From positions 62,001 to 126,000 of the IMG/VR virus record IMGVR_UViG_3300045972_000138: 64,000 nt of DNA; one strand, 5' to 3'. The translations under genes and the position numbers were made by a program. The notes beneath the pieces were generated by a model. That model was not told the DNA's origin and did no database searches. It saw only the letters and a program-made list of their open reading frames with translations. This document shows, piece after piece, positions 8,130 through 17,729 of this stretch. Positions within the stretch are counted from its first letter, which is position 1. Every line of letters starts with the position of its first letter.

Positions 8130-9560
8130 ATGAAAAACTCAATTATACTCGATACTGACAGCTACAAGGTCAGTATGTGGAAACAATACCCAGCAGGAAC
8201 TGAATATGTCTATTCTTACATCGAATCTCGTGGTGGAAAATACACTACAACAGAATTTCTCGGGGTACAGGCTCTTGCACGGTATCTTGCGACGCCGATC
8301 ACACAAGAACAAATTGATTATGCAGAAAAAATCTGGACTGCTCACGGAGAGCCTTTCAACCGCGAAGGTTGGCAATACATCCTTGATCAACATGAAGGCA
8401 AGCTTCCTCTCCGGATTTGCGCCGCCAAGGAAGGCCTTATTATTCCGACTAAAAACGTCCTCTGCACAATCGAAAATACAGATCCAAAATGCTTCTGGCT
8501 TACAACTTGGGTGGAAACAGCGGCGCTACGTGCAATCTGGTATCCTACCACTGTCGGAACTACTTCGTGGCACATTAAGCAAGAAATTCTGAACTACTTG
8601 GAGAAGAGCGGTGACCCCACTACTATTGGTTTTAAGCTTCACGATTTTGGTGCCCGCGGCGTTTCTAGCCTGGAGAGCGCTGGTATCGGGGGAGCAGCTC
8701 ACCTCGTCAATTTTATGGGTACTGACACTATGTCTGGTGTGCTCCATGTTATTGATGTATATGGCGGCGATGTTTGCGGATTCAGTATCCCAGCCGCAGA
8801 ACACAGCACCATCACAAGTTGGGGCCGAGACAACGAAGTAGACGCTTACCGCAATATGGTTAAGCAGTTTGGCGGCGATGGCAAGATTGTTGCTGTGGTC
8901 TCTGACTCGTACGACATTTACAAAGCCTGCGAAATGTGGGGAACGGAACTAAAAGATGATGTTATCAATTCTGGGGCTACTGTCGTCATCCGCCCTGACT
9001 CTGGCGACCCTGTGGTGGTTGTACCAAAAATGCTTCGCATACTGGCTGAACGTTTTGGGTTCACAGTCAATGCCAAGGGTTACAAGGTCCTTAATAATGT
9101 TCGCGTTATCTGGGGTGATGGTATTAATAGCGTTAGCCTGGGTAGCATTCTTCGGTGTGTTGTTGATGTTGCCGGCTTTTCTGCCGATAACATAGCATTT
9201 GGTATGGGTGGTGGACTGCTTCAACAATGCGATCGTGACACATTGAAGTTTGCTATGAAGTGTTCTTCGGTCGGTGTGCGCGAGATGGTATCAATTCCAG
9301 AATTGTCTACAGACAAGATGGAACTTGTATGGCGCGATGTGTTTAAAGATCCGGCAACTGATCCAGGCAAGGCTTCTAAGAAGGGCCGTGTTACATTGTG
9401 GGAAAGCGGTGGCGAGTATGAGACTGCGGTTTATCCTCTTACCCGTTGGACCGACAAAGGTACTGATGGTTGGAAGGAAGTATTGGAAACATACTTCTTG
9501 GATGGTGAAGTACAATTTACACAGACTTTTGACCAAGTACGAGCAAATAGTATGCTATAA
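8130..9560 (+). CDS. nadV: Nicotinamide phosphoribosyltransferase (NAMPT/NadV)
   Basis: TDSYK, LHDFGARG, NFMGTDT, PAAEHST, VSDSYD, VIRPDSG, FGMGGGLLQ, RDTLKFAMK. Confidence 0.93.
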   Translation: MKNSIILDTDSYKVSMWKQYPAGTEYVYSYIESRGGKYTTTEFLGVQALARYLATPITQEQIDYAEKIWTAHGEPFNREGWQYILDQHEGKLPLRICAAKEGLIIPTKNVLCTIENTDPKCFWLTTWVETAALRAIWYPTTVGTTSWHIKQEILNYLEKSGDPTTIGFKLHDFGARGVSSLESAGIGGAAHLVNFMGTDTMSGVLHVIDVYGGDVCGFSIPAAEHSTITSWGRDNEVDAYRNMVKQFGGDGKIVAVVSDSYDIYKACEMWGTELKDDVINSGATVVIRPDSGDPVVVVPKMLRILAERFGFTVNAKGYKVLNNVRVIWGDGINSVSLGSILRCVVDVAGFSADNIAFGMGGGLLQQCDRDTLKFAMKCSSVGVREMVSIPELSTDKMELVWRDVFKDPATDPGKASKKGRVTLWESGGEYETAVYPLTRWTDKGTDGWKEVLETYFLDGEVQFTQTFDQVRANSML

Positions 9561-9598
9561 AACTGGTATTTAAAAAGGTCGGTTATGTACTCCGTTTT

Positions 9599-9606
9599 GA
9601 TAAATA
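9599..9606 (+). promoter_or_regulatory. Late promoter box GATAAATA
   Basis: T4-late-like (TATAAATA) motif 35 nt upstream of prkA. Confidence 0.65.
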
Positions 9607-9641
9607 ACTGGGTATAGAATAAACAATTAGGAGCGAATTAC

Positions 9642-11582
9642 ATGGCTGACCTTTTTAAAATGCTTGCAGACGAGAAGAAGAATTTACGTCAAGAGACATA
9701 CTCGATTCAAGAGTATCTCGAGGCGTGTAAATCTGATCAACTACTATATGCCAGTTCGGCAGAGAGGATGTTAAAAGCAATTGGTGAGCCTGAGCTTGTC
9801 AATACGCACAAAGACGCACGTCTAAGCAGAATTTTCCACAACAGAACAATTAAGCGTTATCCGGCATTCCACGATTTTTACGGAATGGAAGATGCAGTTG
9901 AACGTATTGTAGGATACTTTACCCACGCTGCACAAGGCCTAGAAGAAAAGAAACAAATTCTTTATCTTTTGGGACCAGTTGGCGGCGGCAAGAGTTCTAT
10001 TGCAGAACGCCTTAAAGAATTAATCCAAAAGTTTCCAATTTATGTGCTTGCAGATAAAGACGGAAATCTTAGTCCTGTTTTTGAATCTCCATTAAACTTA
10101 TTCGGCAAAGACCAGTACGGCGCTGTACTTGAAAAAGAATATGGCATTCACAAACGTTATCTTTCCGATGTATTAAGCCCGTGGGCAATTAAGCGCCTAA
10201 AAGAATACGGTAACGATAAGACTAAATTTAAAGTTGTAAGAGTGTATCCAAGCAAGTTGGAACAAATTGGTGTTATCAAAACCGAACCAGGCGATGATAA
10301 TAATCAAGACATTAGCAACTTAGTTGGTAAAACCAATATTCGTATGTTGGAACACTTTGACCAAAACGATCCAGATAGCTACTCATTCTCCGGTGCTTTG
10401 TGCCGCGGCAATCAGGGTATTATGGAATTCGTGGAAATGTTCAAGGCTCCTATCAAAATGTTACACCCGTTGCTTACAGCAACACAGGAAGGTAACTACG
10501 TTGGTACAGAAGGTATTAGTGCTATTCCTTTCAACGGTACAGTACTTGCTCACAGCAATGAAAGCGAATGGCAGACATTTAAGAATAACAAGAATAATGA
10601 AGCTTTCATTGATCGCGTTTATGTTGTTAAGGTTCCATATTGCTTACGTATTACTGACGAGAAGAATATTTACTCTAAAATGCTAGAATCGTCTAGCTTA
10701 GGCAATGCACCGTGTGCAGCAGAGACATTGGATATTTTGTCCAAATTCTGCGTATTAACACGCCTACAAGAGCATGAGAACTCAAACGCCTTCAGCAAGA
10801 TGCGTGTGTACGATGGTGAAGCGATTAAAGATACAGATCCTAAAGCAAAGAGTCTGCAGGAATATCGTGATGCAGCAGGTGTAGATGAAGGTATGTCAGG
10901 TATTAGTACACGTTTTGCATTTAAGATTCTTTCTAAGACATTTAACTTTGATTCAGCAGAAATTGCAGCCGATCCAGTGCACCTAATGTTTGTATTGGAA
11001 GAAGCAATTAAGCAAGAACAGTTTGGCGAAGAAAAGCAAACAAAGTATATGAACTTTATCAAAGAATACTTAGCACCCAAGTATGCAGAACAGTTAAGTA
11101 ACGAAATTCAGAAAGCGTACTTAGAAAGCTACAGCGATTATGGTCAAAACTTGTTTGATCGTTATGTCGAATACGCCGATGCGTGGATACAGGAAATTGA
11201 TTACAAAGATCCAGATACTGGTAATTTATTTGATCGCGCAGTTCTTAATAAGGAACTTGAAAAGATCGAAAAGCCGGCAGGCATTGCCAATCCTAAGGAC
11301 TTCCGCAACGAAGTTGTTAACTTTGTATTGCGTGCCCGTGCTAAACATCCAGAGGGTGGTGTAAAATGGACATCTTACGAAAAACTACGCGAAGTAATTG
11401 AACGCAAGATGTTTGCAAGCACAGAAGAATTACTTCCTATTATTAGCTTTGGCGCTAAGAGCAAAGAAGATGATCAAAAGAAACACGACGAATTTGTTAA
11501 GAGGATGATGTCCAAAGGATATACTGCTATGCAAGTCAAGCGACTTGTTGAATGGCATATGAGAACTGCAAAGAGTTCCTAA
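9642..11582 (+). CDS. yeaG: PrkA/YeaG-family AAA+ serine kinase
   Basis: GPVGGGKS Walker A, EPGDDNNQDIS, GALCRGNQG..EFVEMFKAPIK, VKVPYCLR. Confidence 0.93.
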   Translation: MADLFKMLADEKKNLRQETYSIQEYLEACKSDQLLYASSAERMLKAIGEPELVNTHKDARLSRIFHNRTIKRYPAFHDFYGMEDAVERIVGYFTHAAQGLEEKKQILYLLGPVGGGKSSIAERLKELIQKFPIYVLADKDGNLSPVFESPLNLFGKDQYGAVLEKEYGIHKRYLSDVLSPWAIKRLKEYGNDKTKFKVVRVYPSKLEQIGVIKTEPGDDNNQDISNLVGKTNIRMLEHFDQNDPDSYSFSGALCRGNQGIMEFVEMFKAPIKMLHPLLTATQEGNYVGTEGISAIPFNGTVLAHSNESEWQTFKNNKNNEAFIDRVYVVKVPYCLRITDEKNIYSKMLESSSLGNAPCAAETLDILSKFCVLTRLQEHENSNAFSKMRVYDGEAIKDTDPKAKSLQEYRDAAGVDEGMSGISTRFAFKILSKTFNFDSAEIAADPVHLMFVLEEAIKQEQFGEEKQTKYMNFIKEYLAPKYAEQLSNEIQKAYLESYSDYGQNLFDRYVEYADAWIQEIDYKDPDTGNLFDRAVLNKELEKIEKPAGIANPKDFRNEVVNFVLRARAKHPEGGVKWTSYEKLREVIERKMFASTEELLPIISFGAKSKEDDQKKHDEFVKRMMSKGYTAMQVKRLVEWHMRTAKSS

Positions 11583-12856
11583 TGTCCGATTATACAATCA
11601 TCGACAGGAGAGTAAATCCTAAGGGTAAAAATCTCTCCAATAGACAACGATTCCTTGAACGTACAAAGCAGTGGGTAAAGCAAAAGGTACGTGAGAAAAG
11701 TGTGAATAGAGATATTACATCTACAGATGGTGAAAATATCTCTATTTCAAAAGATGATATTGCCGAACCACAATTTGACTACGATAGACAAAAGGGTGTA
11801 TGGGATCGTGTTTTACCTGGTAACAAGGAATTTGTCCCTGGCGACAAAATCAAGAGAGAACAGGGCGGCCAGGGTAAGGGTAAGGATGCAAGCGATCAGG
11901 GAGAAGGTACTGACGATTTTGTATTCACTATTTCAAAAGAAGAATATTTAGATATTCTATTTGAGAATTTAGAGTTACCCGATCTTATAAAGCAAAGTGA
12001 AGATGCAGCAGTCGCATTTGCTAGAAAGCGTACAGGTTTTTCAACATCCGGCAGTCCAAACAACCTAGATTTAGTAAGGAGTCTTAAGAACTCTTTAGGG
12101 CGCAGAATTGCATTAGGTCTTCCGTTAGATAAAAGAATAAAAGAAAACGAAGAATTGCTACTCACAGCAACAGAAGATGAAAAAGTTGTATTACTTGAAG
12201 AAATACAACGATTGCGTACACGCCGTGCAGCGGTAGCATATATTGATCAGGTTGATGTAAGATATAAGCGTCATTCGCAAACGCCACTTCCAAATAGTCA
12301 GGCGGTTGTATTCTGTCTCATGGATGTTTCCGGTAGTATGGGCAAAGACGAAAAAGATACAGCGAAACGATTCTTTTTATTATTGTACCTATTCCTACAA
12401 AGAAAATATTTAAAAGTAGATATTGTATTTGTACGACATACAACCGTTGCATCCGAATGTTCTGAACACGAGTTCTTTTATGGACAGGAAAGTGGTGGTA
12501 CAATTGTCAGTACCGGTGTAAAGGAAGTTAACAACATTGTTAGGGAAAGATATCCACTAGATTCCTGGAATGTTTATGTAGTGCAGGCATCTGATGGTGA
12601 TAATGTTGATAGCGATAGCAAGGCACTTACAGAAGAAGTAGAAAACTTATTACCAAAGTGCCAGTATTATGTCTATGATGAAGTATTACAGAAGAATACA
12701 TACCGCAGTGCAGGACATACAACAACTGTTTTAAGTGTTATGAAAGAGTTATCGGACCATAATGAAAATCTTGCAATAACATCAACCGACTCAGTAGAAA
12801 GCGTGCTTACAGCATTTAGAGAGATTTTTACAAAAAAGGCAAATAATGGCAAATAA
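11582..12856 (+). CDS. yeaH: YeaH/YhbH (DUF444) vWA-domain protein
   Basis: IIDRRVNPKGKNLSNRQRF, MDVSGSM MIDAS, ESGGTIVS, WNVYVVQASDGDN; start coupled to yeaG stop. Confidence 0.92.
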   Translation: MSDYTIIDRRVNPKGKNLSNRQRFLERTKQWVKQKVREKSVNRDITSTDGENISISKDDIAEPQFDYDRQKGVWDRVLPGNKEFVPGDKIKREQGGQGKGKDASDQGEGTDDFVFTISKEEYLDILFENLELPDLIKQSEDAAVAFARKRTGFSTSGSPNNLDLVRSLKNSLGRRIALGLPLDKRIKENEELLLTATEDEKVVLLEEIQRLRTRRAAVAYIDQVDVRYKRHSQTPLPNSQAVVFCLMDVSGSMGKDEKDTAKRFFLLLYLFLQRKYLKVDIVFVRHTTVASECSEHEFFYGQESGGTIVSTGVKEVNNIVRERYPLDSWNVYVVQASDGDNVDSDSKALTEEVENLLPKCQYYVYDEVLQKNTYRSAGHTTTVLSVMKELSDHNENLAITSTDSVESVLTAFREIFTKKANNGK

Positions 12857-14315
12857 GCACCTATTCGAAGGTTCGGAGTGGGATTTTAGTTTAGTAGATG
12901 CAGCAATGAAAGAATTTGATCTAATTGCACCAGAATTAAAACTAGACATATACCCTAATCAACTTGAAGTTATAACAAGCGAACAAATGCTTGATGCATA
13001 TGCAAGCGTTGGCCTACCTGTAATGTATAAGCATTGGAGTTTTGGTAAGCAATTCTCTAGAGAAAGCGATAATTACAAAAAGGGTAAATCGGGATTGGCA
13101 TACGAGATGGTGCTTAACACTAATCCTTGTATCAATTTCTTAATGGAAGAAAATACAGCAACTACGCAGGTACTTGTACTTGCACATGCTGCCTACGGAC
13201 ATAATCACGTATTCAAAAATAACTATATGTTCAAGCAATGGACAGATGCAGGTAGCATTGTAGATTATCTTATTTTTGCAAGAAACTTTATAACAGAGTG
13301 CGAAGAGAAGTATGGATTTAAGGAAGTTGAAAAGACTTTAGATGCTGCTCATGCTCTTATGAATTTTGGTGTGGATAGATATAATAGACCAGCCAAGCTT
13401 AGTTTTGCTAAGGAACACGAGAAGTCTGAAGAGCGTAAGAAATATTTGCAAGAGCAAGTAAATGAACTTTGGAGAACAGTTCCTGCAGGAAAGGCTAAAC
13501 CAGAAGAACCTAAGAAGTTTCTTAAAGAACCAGAAGAGAATATACTTTATTTCCTGGAAAAGAAATCTCCAAAGCTAGAAGTATGGCAGCGCGAAATATT
13601 ACGCATTGTCCGTAAGGTAGCACAATACTTCGAACCACAGCGTTGCACTAAAGTTCTTAACGAAGGTTGGGCAAGTTTTACACATTATTATATGATGAAT
13701 AGATTGCACGACAAAGGTTTGTTATCTGATGGCTCTATGTTAGAATTCTTTGCATTGCATAGCAATGTGCTATATCAACCGGAATTTGATAGTAAATACT
13801 ACAGCGGATTTAACCCTTATTACCTAGGATTTAACATCTTCTCTGAGATTAGACGTGTGTGCGAGAAGCCTACAGCAGAAGATGAAGAATATTTCCCGGA
13901 ATTGTGCGGAACTCCCTGGGTAGATGCGTGTATTGATGCTGTAGCTAATTACAGAGATGAAAGTTTTATTAGACAATTCTTGACACCTGCATTATGCAGA
14001 AAGATGGGATTATTCTTATTGAATGATGACAGCAAGAGTGATTACAATGTTGCTGCTATTCACGATGCATCAGGTTTCAAACGAATTAGAAAAGCATTAG
14101 CTGATCAATACCTAACTGAAAACTATATGCCTAAGATTGAAATTGTGGATGTTGATCAACACAATACTCGTAAGCTAACTTTAATGTATTACAAAAATGC
14201 TAACAAGGAACTAATGGGCAAATCTGCAAGTCGTGTATTAAGACACATCGAATATCTTTGGGGATTCACAACCGAAATGGTTGACCAAGACGGCAAACAC
14301 TACAACGTTCTGTAA
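12846..14315 (+). CDS. ycgB: SpoVR/YcgB-family protein
   Basis: GLPVMYKHWSFGKQF, LAYEMVLN, HAAYGHNHVFKNN, TKVLNEGWASFTH. Confidence 0.93.
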   Translation: MANKHLFEGSEWDFSLVDAAMKEFDLIAPELKLDIYPNQLEVITSEQMLDAYASVGLPVMYKHWSFGKQFSRESDNYKKGKSGLAYEMVLNTNPCINFLMEENTATTQVLVLAHAAYGHNHVFKNNYMFKQWTDAGSIVDYLIFARNFITECEEKYGFKEVEKTLDAAHALMNFGVDRYNRPAKLSFAKEHEKSEERKKYLQEQVNELWRTVPAGKAKPEEPKKFLKEPEENILYFLEKKSPKLEVWQREILRIVRKVAQYFEPQRCTKVLNEGWASFTHYYMMNRLHDKGLLSDGSMLEFFALHSNVLYQPEFDSKYYSGFNPYYLGFNIFSEIRRVCEKPTAEDEEYFPELCGTPWVDACIDAVANYRDESFIRQFLTPALCRKMGLFLLNDDSKSDYNVAAIHDASGFKRIRKALADQYLTENYMPKIEIVDVDQHNTRKLTLMYYKNANKELMGKSASRVLRHIEYLWGFTTEMVDQDGKHYNVL

Positions 14316-14316
14316 C

Positions 14317-15219
14317 TTATTTCTGTTTAAGTTTATCTAACATTTCTTGTGCCTTTTCAACACTAATTAGATATCTGCCTGTCCTGTTAGGATCGGCAGC
14401 TTTCTGCAAAAATTCTACACTAAGTCCCGACGTCTTTGGTCTTGACTCTGGTGCATCATTAGTTCCTGCAGGTATACCACCCGTTTCACCAGGCAAATAA
14501 TTATTTACGCCACCGCTTTGTTGCTTACGAGATTGTAATGCTGCCATTGCATCGTTTGCACTAATCATAGGCCTAGATACAGAACCATCAACTACACCTT
14601 GCAAATATTGGGTATTCATATTATCACCGGGTGCAGCTTGAGCCCCACCTGCACCTAAAGCACCTAGCCCAACCATTGCTGCACCTGCTAGGTTACTTTT
14701 CCAACCCTCTGCTACCATAGCTGCTAATCTTTCTTCATAACTTTCTGTTGTAGAATGCTTATGTGTTATCTTCATAGCCTTTTCTGCTCTACGATCGACT
14801 TTCTTTTGTGTATGTGGATTAGAATAATACTCGTCGGGCTTAACACCAGATCTATACTTATGCATTGCAGCCGCAACACTCTTTTCTGTACCAGGGCTTA
14901 ATTCGTTTAATTTCTGCTCTGAATGCTTATGTGTTATCTTCATAGCTTTTTCTGCTCTACGATCAACTTTCTTTTGCGTATGCGGATTTGAATAATACTC
15001 ATCTGGTTTAACACCGGATCTGTACTTGTGCATTGCGGCGGCAACATTCTTTTCTGTGCCTGCACTTAATTCGTTAACTTGAACTGTCTGTCCTTTCCAC
15101 TTATCGTGTACATCATTTAAAATATTTTCATAACTAACGTCTTGAGCAGGAGCGCAACGATTAAGTCCACCCATCATACCTTCGACAATTTGTTCTGCTA
15201 AGAGTTTAATGTGGTCCAT
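14317..15219 (-). CDS. Late, putative head-internal protein with internal tandem duplication
   Basis: Start reassigned to ATG 15219 (RBS AAGGA, late box 15243-15250); two ~52-aa repeats. Confidence 0.65.
   Translation of the reverse strand: MDHIKLLAEQIVEGMMGGLNRCAPAQDVSYENILNDVHDKWKGQTVQVNELSAGTEKNVAAAMHKYRSGVKPDEYYSNPHTQKKVDRRAEKAMKITHKHSEQKLNELSPGTEKSVAAAMHKYRSGVKPDEYYSNPHTQKKVDRRAEKAMKITHKHSTTESYEERLAAMVAEGWKSNLAGAAMVGLGALGAGGAQAAPGDNMNTQYLQGVVDGSVSRPMISANDAMAALQSRKQQSGGVNNYLPGETGGIPAGTNDAPESRPKTSGLSVEFLQKAADPNRTGRYLISVEKAQEMLDKLKQK
14753..15075. repeat. Two ~155-bp direct repeats (14753-14907, 14921-15075), period 168 bp
   Basis: Encode NELS(A/P)GTEK(N/S)VAAAMHKYRSGVKPDEYYSNPHTQKKVDRRAEKAMKITHKHS twice; mostly synonymous differences. 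Confidence 0.9.
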
Positions 15220-15242
15220 AATAAATCCTTTAATATTTCTAT

Positions 15243-15250
15243 TATTTATC
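15243..15250 (-). promoter_or_regulatory. Late promoter box GATAAATA
   Basis: TATTTATC on + strand, upstream of 15219 start. Confidence 0.6.
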
Positions 15251-15263
15251 AAAATATTATAGG

Positions 15264-15307
15264 TTGACTTCACAATGTAGTTTATGGTATAATAAAACGG
15301 ATAAATA
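15264..15307 (+). promoter_or_regulatory. Tandem sigma70-type promoter and late box for hydrolase gene
   Basis: TTGACT-18-TATAAT (15264-15293) then GATAAATA (15300-15307). Confidence 0.55.
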
Positions 15308-15350
15308 TATGTCCCGCTGTGAGTTTTAGGCGGGCTTTTAGGAGAGAAAG

Positions 15351-15875
15351 ATGATAACAGCAAAATTATTGCTTGTTTATCTTCTTACTTCAACCGACGT
15401 AAGTGGTTTATCCACAATTGACACATCACAAGTAGATCCGCAAGAAGCCTATTGCTTGGCGGAAAATATTTATTACGAAGCGAGAAGTGAAGATATTCAG
15501 GGACAATTTGCAGTTGCTTCTGTTACCCTTAATCGTGCGAGCAATCCACGATTTCCTAGTACTGTGTGCGGCGTAGTTAAACAGACAGCCAGGTCACGCA
15601 TTACCGACAAACTCGTATGTGCCTTTTCATGGTATTGTGACAACGAGAAGAAGGGGAGAGAAATACCTGTCAATAATAGAGACGGATCTATAAACCAACG
15701 TGTTTATGATCAGTTCCAAAGAGCCAGTATTGTAGCGATTACTATGCTTGCAGGAAACGTCAAAGATATAACCAAGGGTGCCACGCACTTTCATAATCCG
15801 TTTATAAGCGATCCTGCTTGGAAACACGAGATGGTTAAAACGATAAGTGTGGGACACCACGACTTCTATAGATAA
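15351..15875 (+). CDS. Cell wall hydrolase, SleB/Hydrolase_2 family
   Basis: CLAENIYYEARSE, GQFAVASVTLNR, FPSTVCGVV, FSWYCD, GATHFH, GHHDFY. Confidence 0.88.
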   Translation: MITAKLLLVYLLTSTDVSGLSTIDTSQVDPQEAYCLAENIYYEARSEDIQGQFAVASVTLNRASNPRFPSTVCGVVKQTARSRITDKLVCAFSWYCDNEKKGREIPVNNRDGSINQRVYDQFQRASIVAITMLAGNVKDITKGATHFHNPFISDPAWKHEMVKTISVGHHDFYR

Positions 15876-15883
15876 TCTATAGT

Positions 15884-15905
15884 ACGGGGCTTCGGCCCCG
15901 TTTTT
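15884..15905 (+). terminator. Intrinsic terminator
   Basis: ACGGGGC-TTCG-GCCCCGT followed by T tract. Confidence 0.85.
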
Positions 15906-15918
15906 GTTTCGAAGAGTT

Positions 15919-15947
15919 TTGACATTTCTAGAGTTTCGTAGTATACT
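15919..15947 (+). promoter_or_regulatory. sigma70-type promoter of thyX
   Basis: TTGACA-17-TATACT. Confidence 0.75.
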
Positions 15948-15970
15948 TAACAATTAAGTTAAGGAGAGCT

Positions 15971-16657
15971 ATGGAAAATAATTTTAGAAAAGTTTTAGAT
16001 CACGGTCACGTTCGTTTAGTTGAGAGTATGGGCAGTGACCTGTCAATTTCTCGTAATGCACGAGTATCTTATGATGCAGAATGGCGTGCAGGTGAAGATG
16101 AAGGTAAGGATGCAAAGTTACTTAACTATCTTCTTAAGAATAAGCACACAAGCCCATTTGAATCGTGTGTCTTTACATTCGATGTAAAAGCACCAATCTT
16201 TATTTTTAGACAGTGGCATCGTCACCGTACCTGGAGTTTCAACGAAATCTCTGCACGCTACGCCGAATTGCCGGAAGAATTCTATGTCCCCGAACTAGAT
16301 CAAATTACAACGCAATCAGCAACAAATAAGCAGATGCGCACTGATACAATTCACCCCGACGCTGCAAAGCACGCTGAGGCCATCTTTAGGGCAAATTCGG
16401 CATCTTTTGCAGTATATAAACAGATGATTTTAGACGGTGTACCACGCGAGCTTGCACGCTCTGTATTGCCAGTAGGAACATACAGTCATATGTTTGCTAC
16501 AGTAGATTTACACAATCTATTTCACTTCCTTAAGCTTCGTTTGCATTCGCACGCACAATATGAAATCCGTGTTTATGCAGAAGCCATGCTAGAATTAATC
16601 GAGCCTATTGTTCCTGTTTCTACGGCAGCATTTAGAGAACACATCTTAGGAGCGTAA
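15971..16657 (+). CDS. thyX: Flavin-dependent thymidylate synthase
   Basis: HTSPFES, RQWHRHRTWSFNEISARY (RHRx7S motif), HAQYEIR. Confidence 0.93.
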   Translation: MENNFRKVLDHGHVRLVESMGSDLSISRNARVSYDAEWRAGEDEGKDAKLLNYLLKNKHTSPFESCVFTFDVKAPIFIFRQWHRHRTWSFNEISARYAELPEEFYVPELDQITTQSATNKQMRTDTIHPDAAKHAEAIFRANSASFAVYKQMILDGVPRELARSVLPVGTYSHMFATVDLHNLFHFLKLRLHSHAQYEIRVYAEAMLELIEPIVPVSTAAFREHILGA

Positions 16658-16658
16658 T

Positions 16659-16982
16659 ATGCTTAATCTTGTTGACGATATAGAAAAAATTAAAATAATC
16701 GATAAGGCACTAAATGCGCTGACTGTTGATGATGTCAAAGATATGTTTGGCTCGGACATTATCGTCGACAAGCTCAAAGGAGTACAGGATAGAAAAGGTC
16801 CTGTACTCCAGATAGTGGAAGAAATGCAACGAATGGCAAACGAAGAAATGATGCTTCGTACAGAATGTCAAATGTTAAAAGCTGATATTCAGATACTTGT
16901 ACGTTGCCTTAACAAGGGGTTGGGAGACCCATCTATATCTGGCGACTTTAGTAGCCTAAAACAGCGGCATGGCATTTACTAA
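16659..16982 (+). CDS. Hypothetical protein
   Basis: RBS GGAG; ORF track. Confidence 0.6.
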   Translation: MLNLVDDIEKIKIIDKALNALTVDDVKDMFGSDIIVDKLKGVQDRKGPVLQIVEEMQRMANEEMMLRTECQMLKADIQILVRCLNKGLGDPSISGDFSSLKQRHGIY

Positions 16983-16996
16983 ATGCTAAATACTAC

Positions 16997-17047
16997 TGTT
17001 ACACAATGGTAACAAAAATCAAAAACAAACCATCACAAAGGAAGGTT
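16997..17047 (+). promoter_or_regulatory. Two-hairpin folE leader; second hairpin sequesters the RBS
   Basis: UGUUAC-ACAAUG-GUAACA and AACCAUC-ACAAAG-GAAGGUU. Confidence 0.45.
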
Positions 17048-17051
17048 ATCT

Positions 17052-17729
17052 ATGTCATATAATAAGACAAAATGCGACCCAGAATTGGGCAAACAAGTAC
17101 ACAAACATTTATTAGAAATGGGTGTTGAGACTCCAGTATACGAAAGCGGACAAGACCGTAAAGATAAAATCGATGTTATCGAAAAACACTTTGCAGTCAT
17201 TATGGAAACACTTGGATTAGATTTAACAGACGATAGCTTAATGGATACACCAAGACGTGTAGCTAAGATGTATGTCAATGAAATCTTCTGGGGGTTGGAC
17301 TACGAAGCATTTCCAAAATGCACAACAGTAGACAATAAAATGAAATACGACGAAATGGTCGTCGAGAGAGGTGTAAATGTACAATCTAACTGCGAACATC
17401 ACTTTGTTGTCATTGATGGTGTTGCAACGGTCGGTTATATTCCTAAGCAAAAGGTATTGGGCCTTAGTAAGATTAATCGCATCGTAGAATACTTTAGTAA
17501 GCGACCACAAATCCAAGAACGCCTTACAGAACAAATTTATCACGCATTACAATTTATTCTGGAAACAGATAATATTGGTGTTGTTATTCACGCACAGCAT
17601 TACTGTGTTAAGTCGCGTGGTGTTGAAGATACAGGTTCTAATACGGTAACAAGTAAGTTAGGTGGAGTATTTAAAATTGATCCTAATGTTAGAACGGAGT
17701 TTATGCGACTAGTATCTGTGAGTGCATAA
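17052..17729 (+). CDS. folE: GTP cyclohydrolase I
   Basis: TPRRVAKMY, SNCEHHFV, GLSKINRIV, RPQIQERLT, HYCVKSRGV. Confidence 0.95.
   Translation: MSYNKTKCDPELGKQVHKHLLEMGVETPVYESGQDRKDKIDVIEKHFAVIMETLGLDLTDDSLMDTPRRVAKMYVNEIFWGLDYEAFPKCTTVDNKMKYDEMVVERGVNVQSNCEHHFVVIDGVATVGYIPKQKVLGLSKINRIVEYFSKRPQIQERLTEQIYHALQFILETDNIGVVIHAQHYCVKSRGVEDTGSNTVTSKLGGVFKIDPNVRTEFMRLVSVSA

Noticed and set aside
15220-15363. Upstream extensions given by the ORF track (also 23843, 33533, 41270, 45679, 62448)
   Set aside because: They overlap promoters, terminators or neighbouring genes; downstream starts have good SD or late-box context.
16990-17051. preQ1-I or THF-II riboswitch upstream of folE
   Set aside because: The A-rich tail is suggestive, but the 6-nt loop lacks the preQ1 loop signature and the THF-II consensus is not recognisable; kept only as a hairpin-motif finding.
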